Source: Macrostomum lignano
Taxonomy: Eukaryota
Assembly (NCBI GenBank): GCA_002269645.1
Contig: NIVC01003579.1
Coordinates: 26,064-90,063, forward strand
Direction: 5' to 3'
DNA length: 64,000 nucleotides
The notes below the pieces were generated by a model that saw nothing but the letters and a program-made list of their open reading frames with translations, made no database searches and had not been told where the DNA came from. Below are positions 52,218 to 64,000 of this stretch, piece after piece (the first letter of the stretch is position 1; each line of letters starts with the position of its first letter). The translations under genes were made by a program, and so were the position numbers.

Positions 52218-53177
52218 TAGACCAAAAATCACACGTTATCACGCCAGTTGCGCATTTTTCTCTGAACTCAAAGAGCCGCAAAGATGTACTCCAGAGCAAA
52301 AAATGGGTTATTGTAAATCAAGTGTTTTACAAATTGAATGCAACAGTACTAAAAACGGATAAGGTTTTCTTATGTGTAGACACGCGAGCAAACAGTGCTT
52401 CTACCCATACCGCTATCGCTCTAGCGGCTGCTCTTTGGAAAGCACTAATTTAAGTCGAAGTCCAATCTAATCAAATAAGTTCTCCTTTTTGATAAAGAAC
52501 TCGAATGAAATAGACTGTGCGTAATTATCTTATCACAATTTCAAACAGGCATATATAGGAGACGCTTTTTAAATTATTTATAATTTCTCTATCGATGTTC
52601 ATGGGAAAAAGCCAAAACTCCATAAAATATACTCTCTACTAAGTACAATTTCAAGACTTCTAAATTTTCGGTAGCAAAAATTATACCAATAAAGCTAGAA
52701 ATGTTAAATTTAATGCATCTAAGACTTAAGAGCATACTCTCTTAACCTTTAACACCATGTTTTAATTAGAAAATTTGACTACGCGAAGCTGACGTGAGCA
52801 AATCGTAAGTCCTTCCGCTCTGTTTCGGTACACTCTTATCTGCGTAATGAATTCGTCTTATCGGTGAAAATCAGTGGAAGTATTCAACCATAGGTGCGCT
52901 GTACCTGGTGCTCAACATTTTCCATATTGTTTGATGCACGCATTTAATTTGACGCAGTGAACCAGGTCAAATAGCGATGACGGTACGGGGTATAAAATTA
53001 GCTTTTTTCCCTTGCTTTTCGTCTCATTTATCTCGGGTAAATATTTGATCCCAAAATCTAAAGACGGTGAGCAAAAATTTTCTGATAAAGGGTAACTTGT
53101 TATACTGGGATATTGTATAAATTGACTTCCCAGACACTCCACATGCAACTAGTCGTTGATGCCCAACTAGCCTCCTG

Positions 53178-55790
53178 ATGGAGAAAAAAGAAGAAAAAAT
53201 TCTGCAAAATCAGCAGAGCGTTGAGCAGCTCAGTGAGCAGTCGTTTCGCTCCGAAGTTCTGCCTCTGATGAAGGCAGCAATGAGACATTCCTACGCTCAC
53301 GGCCTTGCCAGAATCGTGCAAGCCAAGCACACCTGGATCAGACTGATGTGGGTAGCAGTATGTGCCCTTTGCGTATGCGCATTTTTATTGAACTTGACCA
53401 ATATTTTTAATCGACTATGGGCTGGAGAAATAGCAACACACTTTGACCAGACTGGCGAGTTCGAGTTTCCCGACGTGTACCTCTGCAACAACCATCTAGT
53501 GTCCGGTTCGCTTCACAAGTTGCTTAATGACAGTCAGGTAAGAAACTTTGAGAGCAGAATCATTTCCATCGTTTTTCACGGCTATAGGGAAATCCCTCAG
53601 TTGTAAAGCACTCTCTTCCAACGTCTTTTACCTGTAGATTTATGCATGCAAATGACTCTTTTCCTTATCCAACCATCTGACAGGTCAGGGAAATCAACAG
53701 GCACCTAGATGCAAGCTTGCAAATGGTCCAACCTATTCTTGGCCGCGTCGTCACCAATCCGAAGCAGCGCAAGTACATTCCCCACTGGGCCTCTCACTAT
53801 GCGATTCACTCTCTGCCCTATCGTCTATGGGCCGATTGGATTGGAGCGCGACAAAGGCAAAGTATAATCTATGCTTTGTTTCGTAGCACAGTACCCGTTG
53901 TTGGCGACGCTCGCGAAAGCGTTCAAGTGACGCCGTTCTACCATCACGTGCATCCGTCCTGTTTCCGGCTCACACTGTCCCCAGAGGCAGCGGATGCTCT
54001 TCAGTGCACCAGTTCGGATTCAAACACAGGGGTAGAACTGCTGATGTTTCTTGATCCAGCTAATGAACGATTGAAGTCAACTTGGAACAGTAAGGAGCGA
54101 GTGCGGAAGCTTTTCTTGCCTGACGGCAGCGAGTCTATGCAACTATGGGACTGGTAAGAAATGTGAATGACCATAAAATATAGTACTCCATTCGGTACAG
54201 CTGCTGTTTATAGGTTTAAGTTGGCTATATGGGCCTTAGTATGAAGTAGATTGTATAAGAAACAGTAAGTGATCAATTTTATTCATTTAAATTGTGACTC
54301 TTTATTTGAGTAAGGATGAAAATAAAAAAAAACACCTCGACGCAATGAACTAACAGTGTAAATATATGAGATTGAAATCTAATTCTGATTTTCATTGAAA
54401 AGAAATTGTTCAACCCTCATTCATTCATCAGGTCACTGTCTGAATCGCCAGCCTACATCAGTCCGGGTCTTCGGGTATTTCTCGCACCTCGCGGCCACTA
54501 CCCCAGCCAATTTGTCGCCAACTTTCTTCTGTCGCCAGGCGCTTACCACCAGGTGAGTTTGTACGCCGAAGAGGACTATCGCGATCATGAGGAATTTTCT
54601 AACGAGTGTGTTAACGAGGACTCTCCTGAGCTGACGCTGCCTCGTTTTCGTGACCCGTACACCGGTGGACTGCGCACCTACCAGTACAGCTACTTTGCCT
54701 GCATTGTGTCCGAGTGGGAGCGCCAGAGTTCCAAACTACCGGAGCTGTTCAATCGTAGCCTGAGCCAACTGCCTAACGAATTGGAGTACGCCTACAATCT
54801 CACCGGATTGCCTTCTGAAGCAGTAGAAGAGCTTATCAAATTGCTCTATAGGAAAGGTCCGGCGCTAAGTCTTCATATTGGCAAGAAAGTTGTGCAAAAT
54901 TGTGCAAGTAAAAGTGCTTGCGGAGAGGTGAGTGAGTTTTTGTCTTTGAAGCTTTTTAGCTGTAACTAAGCTTTGGGAAATAAAGAGTACATAGATACAT
55001 TCACGCTTTGACTTGAAATAAAAGTTTGCCAGAAGCCTCCTTGAAAGCCGAGTTGTGATTGAACGGGTAAAATTTATTCTTTTTAAACAGTCATAAGCAT
55101 ATTAAAGTAAAAAGTCATCTTAAACAATTCAGAAGGTAGCATTAAAGTGTTATTAAACGTGGCTCATTTTTTCAGATGAGATACAAAGTGGACATTTCCA
55201 GCGCCAGATTTCCCGGTCGACAGGCTGCCGCACGATTTGTTCAGAGCCTAAAAGGCGAATGCAGCAGCCTTTCAAAGGAACCCGGTCTGGAATTTCTATT
55301 CGAATTGGCTAACAGGACCCAGTGGAACTCCAGTGAAGACAAACGCGTTCTCAATGACTATCTGGACGAGGCATTTGTCCGACTACATTTTAGCGTCAGC
55401 CGGGGCAGTCTGAGACGCATTGTGCGCACATGGGCATACAAGTTTGGCAATTTCGTAAGCGACACGGGCGGTATTCTCGGCTTGTACTTAGGAATGTCCG
55501 TAATGATTCTTTTCGAAGTGATTGAAGCTGCATATGAACTGCTGCTTCGAGTTCGAGCCAGAAGAAAACGAAAAAATGAAAAGCAACCTGACGGTAGAGG
55601 TTACGCACCTCGACTTGGAGCAAGTAAAAAAGTTTCCGATTGCTCTACGTGCACCTCTTCGTCAAGTGGCGCTGTCACCTATCTCACGGATTGCACTGGA
55701 AACAACAACAGCAAGTACCCGAGCAGGGGTGAACGATGCAACAGCGAAAATCGCAGCATTAGTGGATTTGCCCTTTACGACTATTATTAA
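53178..55790 (+). CDS. DEG/ENaC/ASIC-family cation channel subunit, 4 exons (53178-53537, 53684-54153, 54432-54927, 55176-55790), ~646 aa
   Basis: SYAHGL (HG gating motif), TM1 RLMWVAVC, FPDVYLCN, pre-TM2 and TM2 FVSDTGGILGLYLGMSVMILFE (GxS filter); phases 0, 2 and 0 match at GT-AG junctions. Confidence 0.93.
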
Positions 55791-56539
55791 ACATTCTTTC
55801 GTTCTTCGAAACATTGAATCGGCTTAAAAATGCATATATACGCTCGTATTATTTGATTATCATAATATTACCCACCTGGTCCTTTTTTAGTCCAAGTTTA
55901 AATGTTTTCTCAGTTCCGATTCGATTCCAGTCTAGTTCCATCCGATTCTGGGCCTCGATTCCGGTTTATTTTCATTCTGGATGATGCTTCAATATCCAGT
56001 ATAAAGCGGATCAAGACTAGATAATATTGAACCCACAATAGAACTCTGATATATAAATTCTTAAAATTTAAATTACCACTGAAATTTACTATTTTTCGAT
56101 TATTAATGATCTGTCCTTCCGTTTTGTGACACTATTTTCACGGCATTACTCACATGTCATTATCTGCCCGTAAGCACATGCTCTTGATACACGATTATGA
56201 GTAGGCATAGGAGCTGTACACTTCTTCTTGAACTGCTCTTTGACGTTGTCCTGATTGAATAAATTGATCAATGAAAAATTGAGCAACATAACTTTACGCT
56301 CGTAGATGCGAACGTTATTGCTACAGACAACAGATTTTTATTTTGCTACAAAAAAATTACTTCACTGTCTGTAAAAATATTGAGCTGGAATAAAAGTGTC
56401 AATATTGCAAAAAATCTAATAATTATTTCAAACTTGAAAGTTCATCAGCATTGTAATTATGAGGGCTTAACTTTTAGTTCTTTCTATCTGATTTGTCCTA
56501 AGTATAATAAGCGCAGGCTAAAGTTTGTAGTTCGACTGA

Positions 56540-59500
56540 CTATGGACTCAAAAAGTCATCCTTCGTCAGCTTCATGATGATGTCAGCCAGCTTCCGAATA
56601 TCGTCCATATCAACAATAATCGAGCAGGAGATGCGGACGTATAAAGAGTCTTGAATGTCATTCGGTACTCGTTTGTCTGCAAAGTCGAATAAAAGTAAAT
56701 TTCTAGAAAAGTAAAACCCGAGGACTGCGTGTAGAGCTTCTACAGCGCTGGCCCTTTTGTGGGATTGCAACCTTAAAGGGTCAATTCAGCTACTATATCA
56801 GAAAAAAAACAAAAATCCAAATTTTTGACACTCTTTATCCTTAGGAGCTACATATAGCATCTACTACTGGCAATAGTAGTAGGCTTAAATAATAAACGCT
56901 TCTAGAAGCTCTGTCTGAAGCAGAAACGGATCAAACAAACCTGAATAGGCTAGCTGCATCGTTTAGCTTCAAAGCTATGGAATTTCAGTCAAGAATTTTT
57001 TTATCATTTGAGGAGTAAGAGGAGTCACTGACTCTTGAAAGTCGGTTTTTCTATTAAAAAAGCTTTTGTTGACGAAAAAATAACATATTCTCCTTATCCA
57101 CAGGGAATGAGGGTACAGTAAATGCTATTCATTAAAAAAAAATATCTATTCAACTCAAACTCCCTTTCAAGAATTTAGAAAATTATAAGTCGGGACACTA
57201 ACCATATCTAGAATTTCACGGCACTGCAGATGCTTCGGCAGAGCAATCAGACGCATGAATGGCGCCTCCATATTGGCTGGGATTGGAAGCTTGTGCGAGT
57301 TCCACGCTGTAGCGAGATGCTGGGACGCCTTATCAGCCAGCCGACTGCAGTAGGCCTGAATGCGAGCCTGCAATTGGCGAGTTTTGAGGAGAAAGCTGCA
57401 GGAGAAAGGTGGTTGCACTAGTGAATAGAGAGACAGGGTTAGGAATGATTGCAGGAGAGAGGTGGTTGCACTAGTGAATAGAGAGACGGGGTTAGGAATG
57501 ATTGCAGGAGTGAGGTGGTTGCACTAGTGAATAGAGAGACGGGGTTAGGGATGATTGCCGGAGTGAGGTGGTTGCAGTATTTAATGGACAGGGTTGGGAA
57601 TGATTGCAGGAGTGAGGTGATTGCACTAGTGAATAGAAAGACGGGGTTAGGGATGATTGCCGGAGTGAGGTGGTTGCACTAGTGAATAGAGAGACGGGGT
57701 TAGGGATGATTGCCGGAGTGAGGTGGTTGCAGTATTTAATAGACAGGGTTGGGAATGATTGCAGGAGTGAGGTGGTTGCACTAGTGAATAGAGAGACGGG
57801 GTTAGGGATGATTGCCGGAGTGAGGTGGTTGCGCTATTGAATAGAGACAGGGTTGGGAATGATTGCAGGAGTGAGGTGGTTGCAGTATTTAATAGAGACA
57901 GGGTTGGGAATGATTGCAGGAGTGAGGTGGTTGCCTATTGAATAGACAGGGTTGGGAATGATTGCAGGAGTGAGGTGGTTGCACTATTGAATAGAGAAAG
58001 GGTTGGGAATGATTGCAGGAGTGAGGTGGTTGCAGTATTGAATAGAGACAGGGTTGGGAATGATTGCAGGAGTGAGGTGGTTGCGCTATTGAATAGAGAC
58101 AAGGTTGGGAATGATTGCAGGAGTGAGGTGGTTGCCCTATTGAATAGAGACAGGGTTGGGAATGATTGCAGGAGTGAGGTGGTTGCACTATTGAATAGAC
58201 AGGGTTGGGAATGATTGCAGGAGTGAGGTGGTTGCACTATTGAATAGAGACAGGGTTGGGAATGATTGCAGGAGTGAGGTGGTTGCGCTATTGAATAGAG
58301 ACAGGGTTGGGAATGATTGCAGGAGTGAGGTGGTTGCGCTATTGAATAGAGACAAGGTTGGGAATGATTGCAGGAGTGAGGTGGTTGCCCTATTGAATAG
58401 AGACAGGGTTGGGAATGATTGCAGGAGTGAGGTGGTTGCACTATTGAATAGAGACAGGGTTGGGAATGATTGCAGGAGTGAGGTGGTTGCACTATTGAAT
58501 AGAGACAGGGTTGGGAATGATTGCAGGAGTGAGGTGGTTGCAGTATTGAATAGAGACAGGGTTGGGAATGATTGCAGGAGTGAGGTGGTTGCGCTATTGA
58601 ATAGAGACAGGGTTGGGAATGATTGCAGGAGTGAGGTGGTTGCGCTATTGAATAGAGACAGGGTTGGGAATGATTGCAGGAGTGAGGTGGTTGCAATATT
58701 GAATAGAGACAGGGTTGGGAATGATTGCAGGAGTGAGGTGGTTGCGCTATTGAATAGAGACAGGGTTGGGAATGATTGCAGGAGTGAGGTGGTTGCACTA
58801 TTGAATAGAGACAGGGTTGGGAATGATTGCAGGAGTGAGGTGGTTGCAGTATTGAATAGAGACAGGGTTGGGAATGATTGCAGGAGTGAGGTGGTTGCAG
58901 TATTGAATAGAGACAAGGTGGGGAATGATATCAGTACGAGCTAATGAAGTAAATGAATAGAAGTGGAATGCTTGATCGACTGAGCAGCTTTGAAAAAACA
59001 GGAAATATTAGAATCATTAGAAAACGAAATACTCAATCGCGTCAGATTTTCATTAGAAAAATTGTACCAGCAACTTCAGCTCTAAAGTCTCGCAGCTGAA
59101 AAAAAAACTGTTAGGCTCCGACTTAATGCAATCAGGAAGCCCTAGGTCTTCCGGCACTGAAGGCAGTAAATGCTGCGGAAGTCATTCATTATTTGAAGCC
59201 ACACAATTAACTTTGCAGTTTAATCGGTGCAACAGCTTTGCGATGCAAAATATCCCGGCAATCCTGCGCAAGTATCCGACACATGCATATGGCTTCGGAT
59301 TTCTTTTGAAGATGTTTTTTTAATTGAAGAGTTCCTAACATACTTGTGAAAATGAGTTTTTACCCAGGAAAGAGCGTACTTAGAAAACTTTTTGACGTCC
59401 CAATTTTCAACAAAAGAAAATGAGCGATGAGGCTGCTGTGTGATCGCAATTAATTACACGTAAAGATTCTAGATTTTGATGTACTAATCAAAAATAATAA

Positions 59501-62500
59501 TCAGAGAGCCGATTCAATTTCACTAAGGTCTGCCAGCCAGTACAAAATATCGTCGTCTTTTTTGACGTAAAAGTAACCCAGGTATAACAAAAATAATTTA
59601 CTGTAGGACAATCAAAGCTGATAATTATCAGACCCTTTCATTCGCTTCGATAATTATAGGGAAAAGTAGACATTTCGTAGATACTGAATTGCTACCATGG
59701 CTGCTATTGTTTGAAGAAGGCAGGCCTCGTGTGTGAGCAAAATGGCGAACCACTTATTAAATCAAATAATCAATTTTCGTGATGATGGCTTCTTTTTGCG
59801 TCAGGTGGAGCTGTAGAAAGCATGCTATTACCTGCAGGCATACAACTGACTAATGTTCAATCACGCGCTAGACGCATGATGCAGGATTAAAAGTTGTCAG
59901 GAAAGCCCCGTAGGCTGTGTTGTGCAACGCGCAGTCTTGGAAATACTATTGTACTATACTAGATCACTTTGGATATCAGACACTCATTTTTGTCTTGAAA
60001 TCAATTAGCTAATAAGAGTTTCGATTATTAGAATAACACCAATAAAACTCAATAAAGTCCTTACGCAAAGAATTCGCGAGCGATACATGAAAACAATACT
60101 CCGTCGTGAATATTGAAATTCTCTTACTGTCACGAATCTGCCCCATCAAATTGGATGAGAGTATTTGAGTCTGGCGCCTTGCTTGTCTGGGTTCAATGGG
60201 TTCTATTTCGCGCGCGGTCGCAGTGATTTAGAGTTTCTGAACGGAAATTGGGATTACTTGACAAGGCAGGCCTCTGTAGACAGGCAATTTACGGCCATAA
60301 TATGGAGTCAAACTGTGCATTTATCTTCACGTGCTCATGACTGCCGATTGTCACCTTGATTTTGGAGCAGTTGTCGTAGAATGAGTCGGCTTATGCTAAA
60401 AGCCTACTATGTCATATGAGTTATATATTGTTTATTTTTACCTTTATGCGACGTGAGTTATAATCCTGTACTCTATATGGACATGGCACCCGAACAAAGA
60501 TGTAATAAACAAGTCTAAGCTAAATTGCGACATGTAAAATTTCAGTGCGTCCAGGCTGTGATGCTGTGTTCTTCTTCACATTGCTTGAGCTGGGAGTTCC
60601 CGACGCTGGAAGCGGGTGAGACGGCCAGTCCAGGCGCTGATTCCGCTAGAGATTCAATCTTAAGTTTTTTTACTTTTTTCATGACTTCTCAAATTCGTTT
60701 CTAACATTTTATGATGAGAAAATGTGATTATAAAATTTATCATCTATTATTTGGTGGTTGTCGATTGATCTAGGTTTCAACCATATTTGTTCCCCATTGA
60801 TTGTTTCACTTTATAGCAAAAATTATATCTCTCTGTGCACCTTCTTCGTTAGACTAAATTCATTTTTTCTCGTATTAGCGTTGTTACACAACAAGTTCGA
60901 ACATAATGATATTTATAGCTTTTTCAGGGGAAGTGCATGCCTACACATCTCAACACCAAGGAGGTACCTATTCCGAGGTGCCTGCCTCTAAGGCTTGGTA
61001 GTTTCTGGTTACAACACGCAAGGTTACCTTGTATAATCCATCTCAAGCCCACTGCCAGTGTTCTCACCAGTCCGCCGCAGCTCTGCTTCACAAATCTGAC
61101 AGCCTCGCTAACCGCGCAGACGCTGCTGGTGTCGCGGGTGCCCAAAAAAGCAAAGCGCATCGACGTCAAAGGATCACGCACCAGCCAGGACACCACGGAC
61201 GGTCGCAGGCTGTCAATTCGATCCGCTCTGGCCCACAGCAGGGCAGCAGATTTCGGTGCGAAGCACCACTTGTGCAGATTGCCAACGTAGAAATCGGCTC
61301 CAATCGATTCGATATCGAGCTCGGGAACTTGGCCGATTGCGTGAGCGCCGTCGATGACGACTAGAACGCCACGACTGCGGCACAGCTTCGTTAGCTGCTG
61401 CACCGGCATCAGGCAGGCTGTGGAGCTGGTGATGTGATCTGCCGATGTTTGAGATATTTGACAAGTGCGATTTAGGCTAATTCAAAGATGAGCAGGAGTG
61501 GATAGTTAATGGTGGGAAAGCAGCCACGTGATGAAATTTGTACATGGATGGATGTACCATGTTACCTGGTATTACTAGAATAAAATTACTGATGGAGTGA
61601 GGCAGCCATATAGTTTAATAAAAATACCTGTGTCCTTGTGTCATATGTGTCAGTAAGTATTTTCATCCCAGGAAATCGATTTTCTGCTCCGCCGAAATTT
61701 ACTTCCAATTTGCTCAGCTTGTTTTAAAACGGATCGTTAAGGCCCCAGCCCCCAGGCCATGTGAATCGAAGCAGATTGAGCAAGAAGACATTGAAGGGTT
61801 AATAATATATTGTGACACAACAGACATCAGGCCCAGAAAACTAACCTAAAATAGCAATTCGAATGTCGGATCGCTGCTCCAAAGTTTTCCTAACTTGTTC
61901 GATAATGTCTTCCTCGGATTTGATCGGCAGCTCAATGTCTAGCTCAACAACCTGGACTGAACTCGGCTTGACGTCTGTTTCATCGCTATTTCGGTTTGTC
62001 ATTACTTCGCTAGATAGGCTGGCAGCCATTTTCACCGAGCCGTACGTCCACGAGTTGACCAGAATGGTGTCACCGGGGCGCACGATTGTGTCCAGCAGGT
62101 TGGAGATGCCGGTAGTCACATTGTCCACTATGACGCACTGATCGGGACGGACATCCAGCAGTTTCGCCACCGCCTCTATGCTGTCCTCAGTTTGACGAAG
62201 CAGACTTTGTCGGACATAGTTGTCTCCGTAGCTTTCGAAATCTTGGATGCATCTGTTTTGGTAGATAAAAATGATGGCACGATCGACAGACAGATCTCAT
62301 ACAGGGACCACTTGTCCTTAGTTCACAATCGGGGGGGGGGGGCATTTGGCGCTGCCGCAAACCAAGACACTCAAAAGGGTGTACAGCGGCAGGGTCGTCG
62401 CCATCGAATATCATTTTGGCGCCTTCATTGTGGTGCCCTGAAGCTAAATGATTGAATTACCGGTCACAAGGTGGGGCCGAGGAGACAAAGCATAGCTTTT

Positions 62501-63344
62501 ACCGGGTCGTGTCCCCCATCCCCTTCGCCTGGTGGCGACGCACACCGGCCATGACTTTCTAATCTACAGGAATGTACACTCTCCGTGCCTTTAGGGTTGG
62601 CCTTTATTGGTGTAAATCGCACGCAACACGGCAACACTGGGCTTGCACCAGCCCCAAATAATGTTGCTATGCAGGGATACCTGGGGTACTATGGAACCAT
62701 CGGGCTACTTTATGAGCAACTTGATAATTGAATGGCTCCAATGACATTTAAATCATAAGTTGATATATGTTTTAATTTTCCCAAAAGCGTATTATTGAAG
62801 ACGCTGAATAAATAATACTCCGGGTTGTATAGCAGATTTTTTCATCTCACGTAGATCTATTGCATAAAATGGGATTTTACTCTACAGAAAATCTATGAAC
62901 GATAATGATAAAAAAAGTTAAAAGAGATGCGACACACAAAAGAAGCTATATCTGATAGTTTTGCTGTAGCTTTGCTTTTTGCTGGTCTTCAGTTGTTAAG
63001 AAGTATTTTCACGAGCAATGTCAATGGACTTGTGATTAACACATTTTAAAAGTTCAGAAGTCCGGAAATAAAATAATTTCCTACGAGCTTATCTCGGTAA
63101 TGCATTTCATTACTTCACAGCTTCAACATCTGTTGGTCCCCAATCATTTGTCAGAAAACGCAATTACTTACTCGATTTTCTTGTCAATAACGGACTTCGG
63201 TGACAGACCAAAAGAGCCGGAGTTGAGCATGATCACGCCGGTTGAGCCACGTGGGGAAAGTCGCTAGCCAGAACGCTTTGCCGAATTCGACAAATTTTTC
63301 TGAGAGGGGGAGAGTTCGTCAATTTTTCGTATAGTTTGATGCAT
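56540..63344 (-). CDS. PLP-dependent class V aminotransferase, Egt2 (hercynylcysteine sulfoxide lyase) / L-cysteine desulfhydrase / isopenicillin N epimerase-like
   Basis: Exons 63344-63172 (EFGKAF..MLNSGSFGLSP; needs frame corrections at ~63308 and ~63240), 62252-61846 (DNVTTG, TYGSV), 61438-61068 (DHITS, IDGAHAIG, GNLHKW with the PLP lysine), 57367-~57203 (AYCSRLA..AW..MRLIALP), ~56771-56540 (YVRIS..DIRKLADII). The last junction is unresolved. Confidence 0.88.
57405..58930 (+). repeat. 51-bp minisatellite, ~30 copies, inside intron 57368-61067 of the PLP-enzyme gene
   Basis: Unit GAGACAGGGTTGGGAATGATTGCAGGAGTGAGGTGGTTGCACTATTGAATA. Confidence 0.96.
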
Positions 63345-64000
63345 GAGTAGTTATGCTTATCGATAACTAGTTGTCCTAGTCTTTCAAAAATTTAGATATT
63401 TTTTCACGTTTAATCATCAGCAACAAATGAAAGCATCAGGTGCATTGCTTTTCATTTCATTTCAAAATGCCTTTGGAAAATTTTACAAGCAGGGTCGAGC
63501 TTACATGTCAAAAGAATAAAAGCGGCAACCTTAAACAGTATAAAAGTACTTTCGCTTCGCTAAAAGGACTGTAGAGCATAAGTCAAGTCAAGTCAAGAAC
63601 AGCTAATGAATGGACTCTTACCGCAAGACATTTTTTCGATTGATTTCTTGTCGTTTTACTTTATTTTGCGTTTAACCGCGCGCTGCTGTTGCGTTTGGCT
63701 TTAGATTGGAGTACGCCGGCTACTTGCTAGCTAGACTATTTATGCAGCAAGCAATATATTCAATTCACCTGCGTACCTGGATAACAGTGGAGGGAGGGGT
63801 CGGATAGGGTCTGGCACGGACAGACACACACGTTGCCAGATGGATGTACAGCAAGGGAGTGCCCTCAAAACCGCCCCTCTTTGCCCTCTCATTTCTATCT
63901 CTCTTAGCGCTACATTACCACATGTGTCCATGTACAGAATGGCGGCGCCATATCAGGGTATGCACAATTACGTGTAGAGCGAATTCTAAAAGTGTAGTAT

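Noticed and set aside
57889-58944. His/Cys-rich repeat ORFs (QPPHSCNHSQPCLYSI)n
   Set aside because: They derive from a 51-bp minisatellite inside an intron of the PLP-enzyme gene.
62389-62545. Possible hAT MITE relic (CAGGGTCGTCGCCA ... TGGCGACGCAC)
   Set aside because: The right TIR is only partial and I found no TSD.
63740-63931. 63-aa ORF as the first exon of the PLP enzyme
   Set aside because: No similarity to the family N-terminus, which is already found at 63172-63344.

Overview
Eukaryotic (animal) genomic DNA with GT-AG spliceosomal introns; no prokaryotic features, CRISPR arrays, rRNA or genuine tRNA genes were found. The mix of GC-rich exons, short basal introns (~90-110 nt) and about one third of the window (~21 kb by my tally) in micro/minisatellite arrays resembles a Macrostomum-like free-living flatworm (inference only). 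Six host genes are supported: (1) the last three exons of an arginase (+, 110-2174); (2) an intronless M1 aminopeptidase N-like gene with one frameshift (-, 9022-11357); (3) a single-exon rhodopsin-type peptide GPCR with three frameshifts (-, 20658-21996); (4) a ~13-exon orphan Gln/Ser-rich coiled-coil gene (-, 35692-48677); (5) a 4-exon DEG/ENaC channel subunit (+, 53178-55790); (6) a PLP-dependent class V aminotransferase of the Egt2/L-cysteine desulfhydrase type (-, 56540-63344). Mobile DNA: a young full-length Ty3/Gypsy element (38819-43898) inside gene 4, with a GGGAAAC slippery site plus H-type pseudoknot for -1 gag-pol frameshifting; two copies of a tRNA-derived SINE with a MIR/CORE-like domain; three TIR/TSD MITEs; and a ~290-bp foldback palindrome. 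The most unusual pattern is that many intronic and orphan tandem-repeat units carry branch-point and 3' splice-site-like motifs, and that repeat insertions account for most of the long introns. Almost all long ORFs in the supplied track outside these genes are tandem-repeat artefacts. All coordinates and alignments were read by eye.
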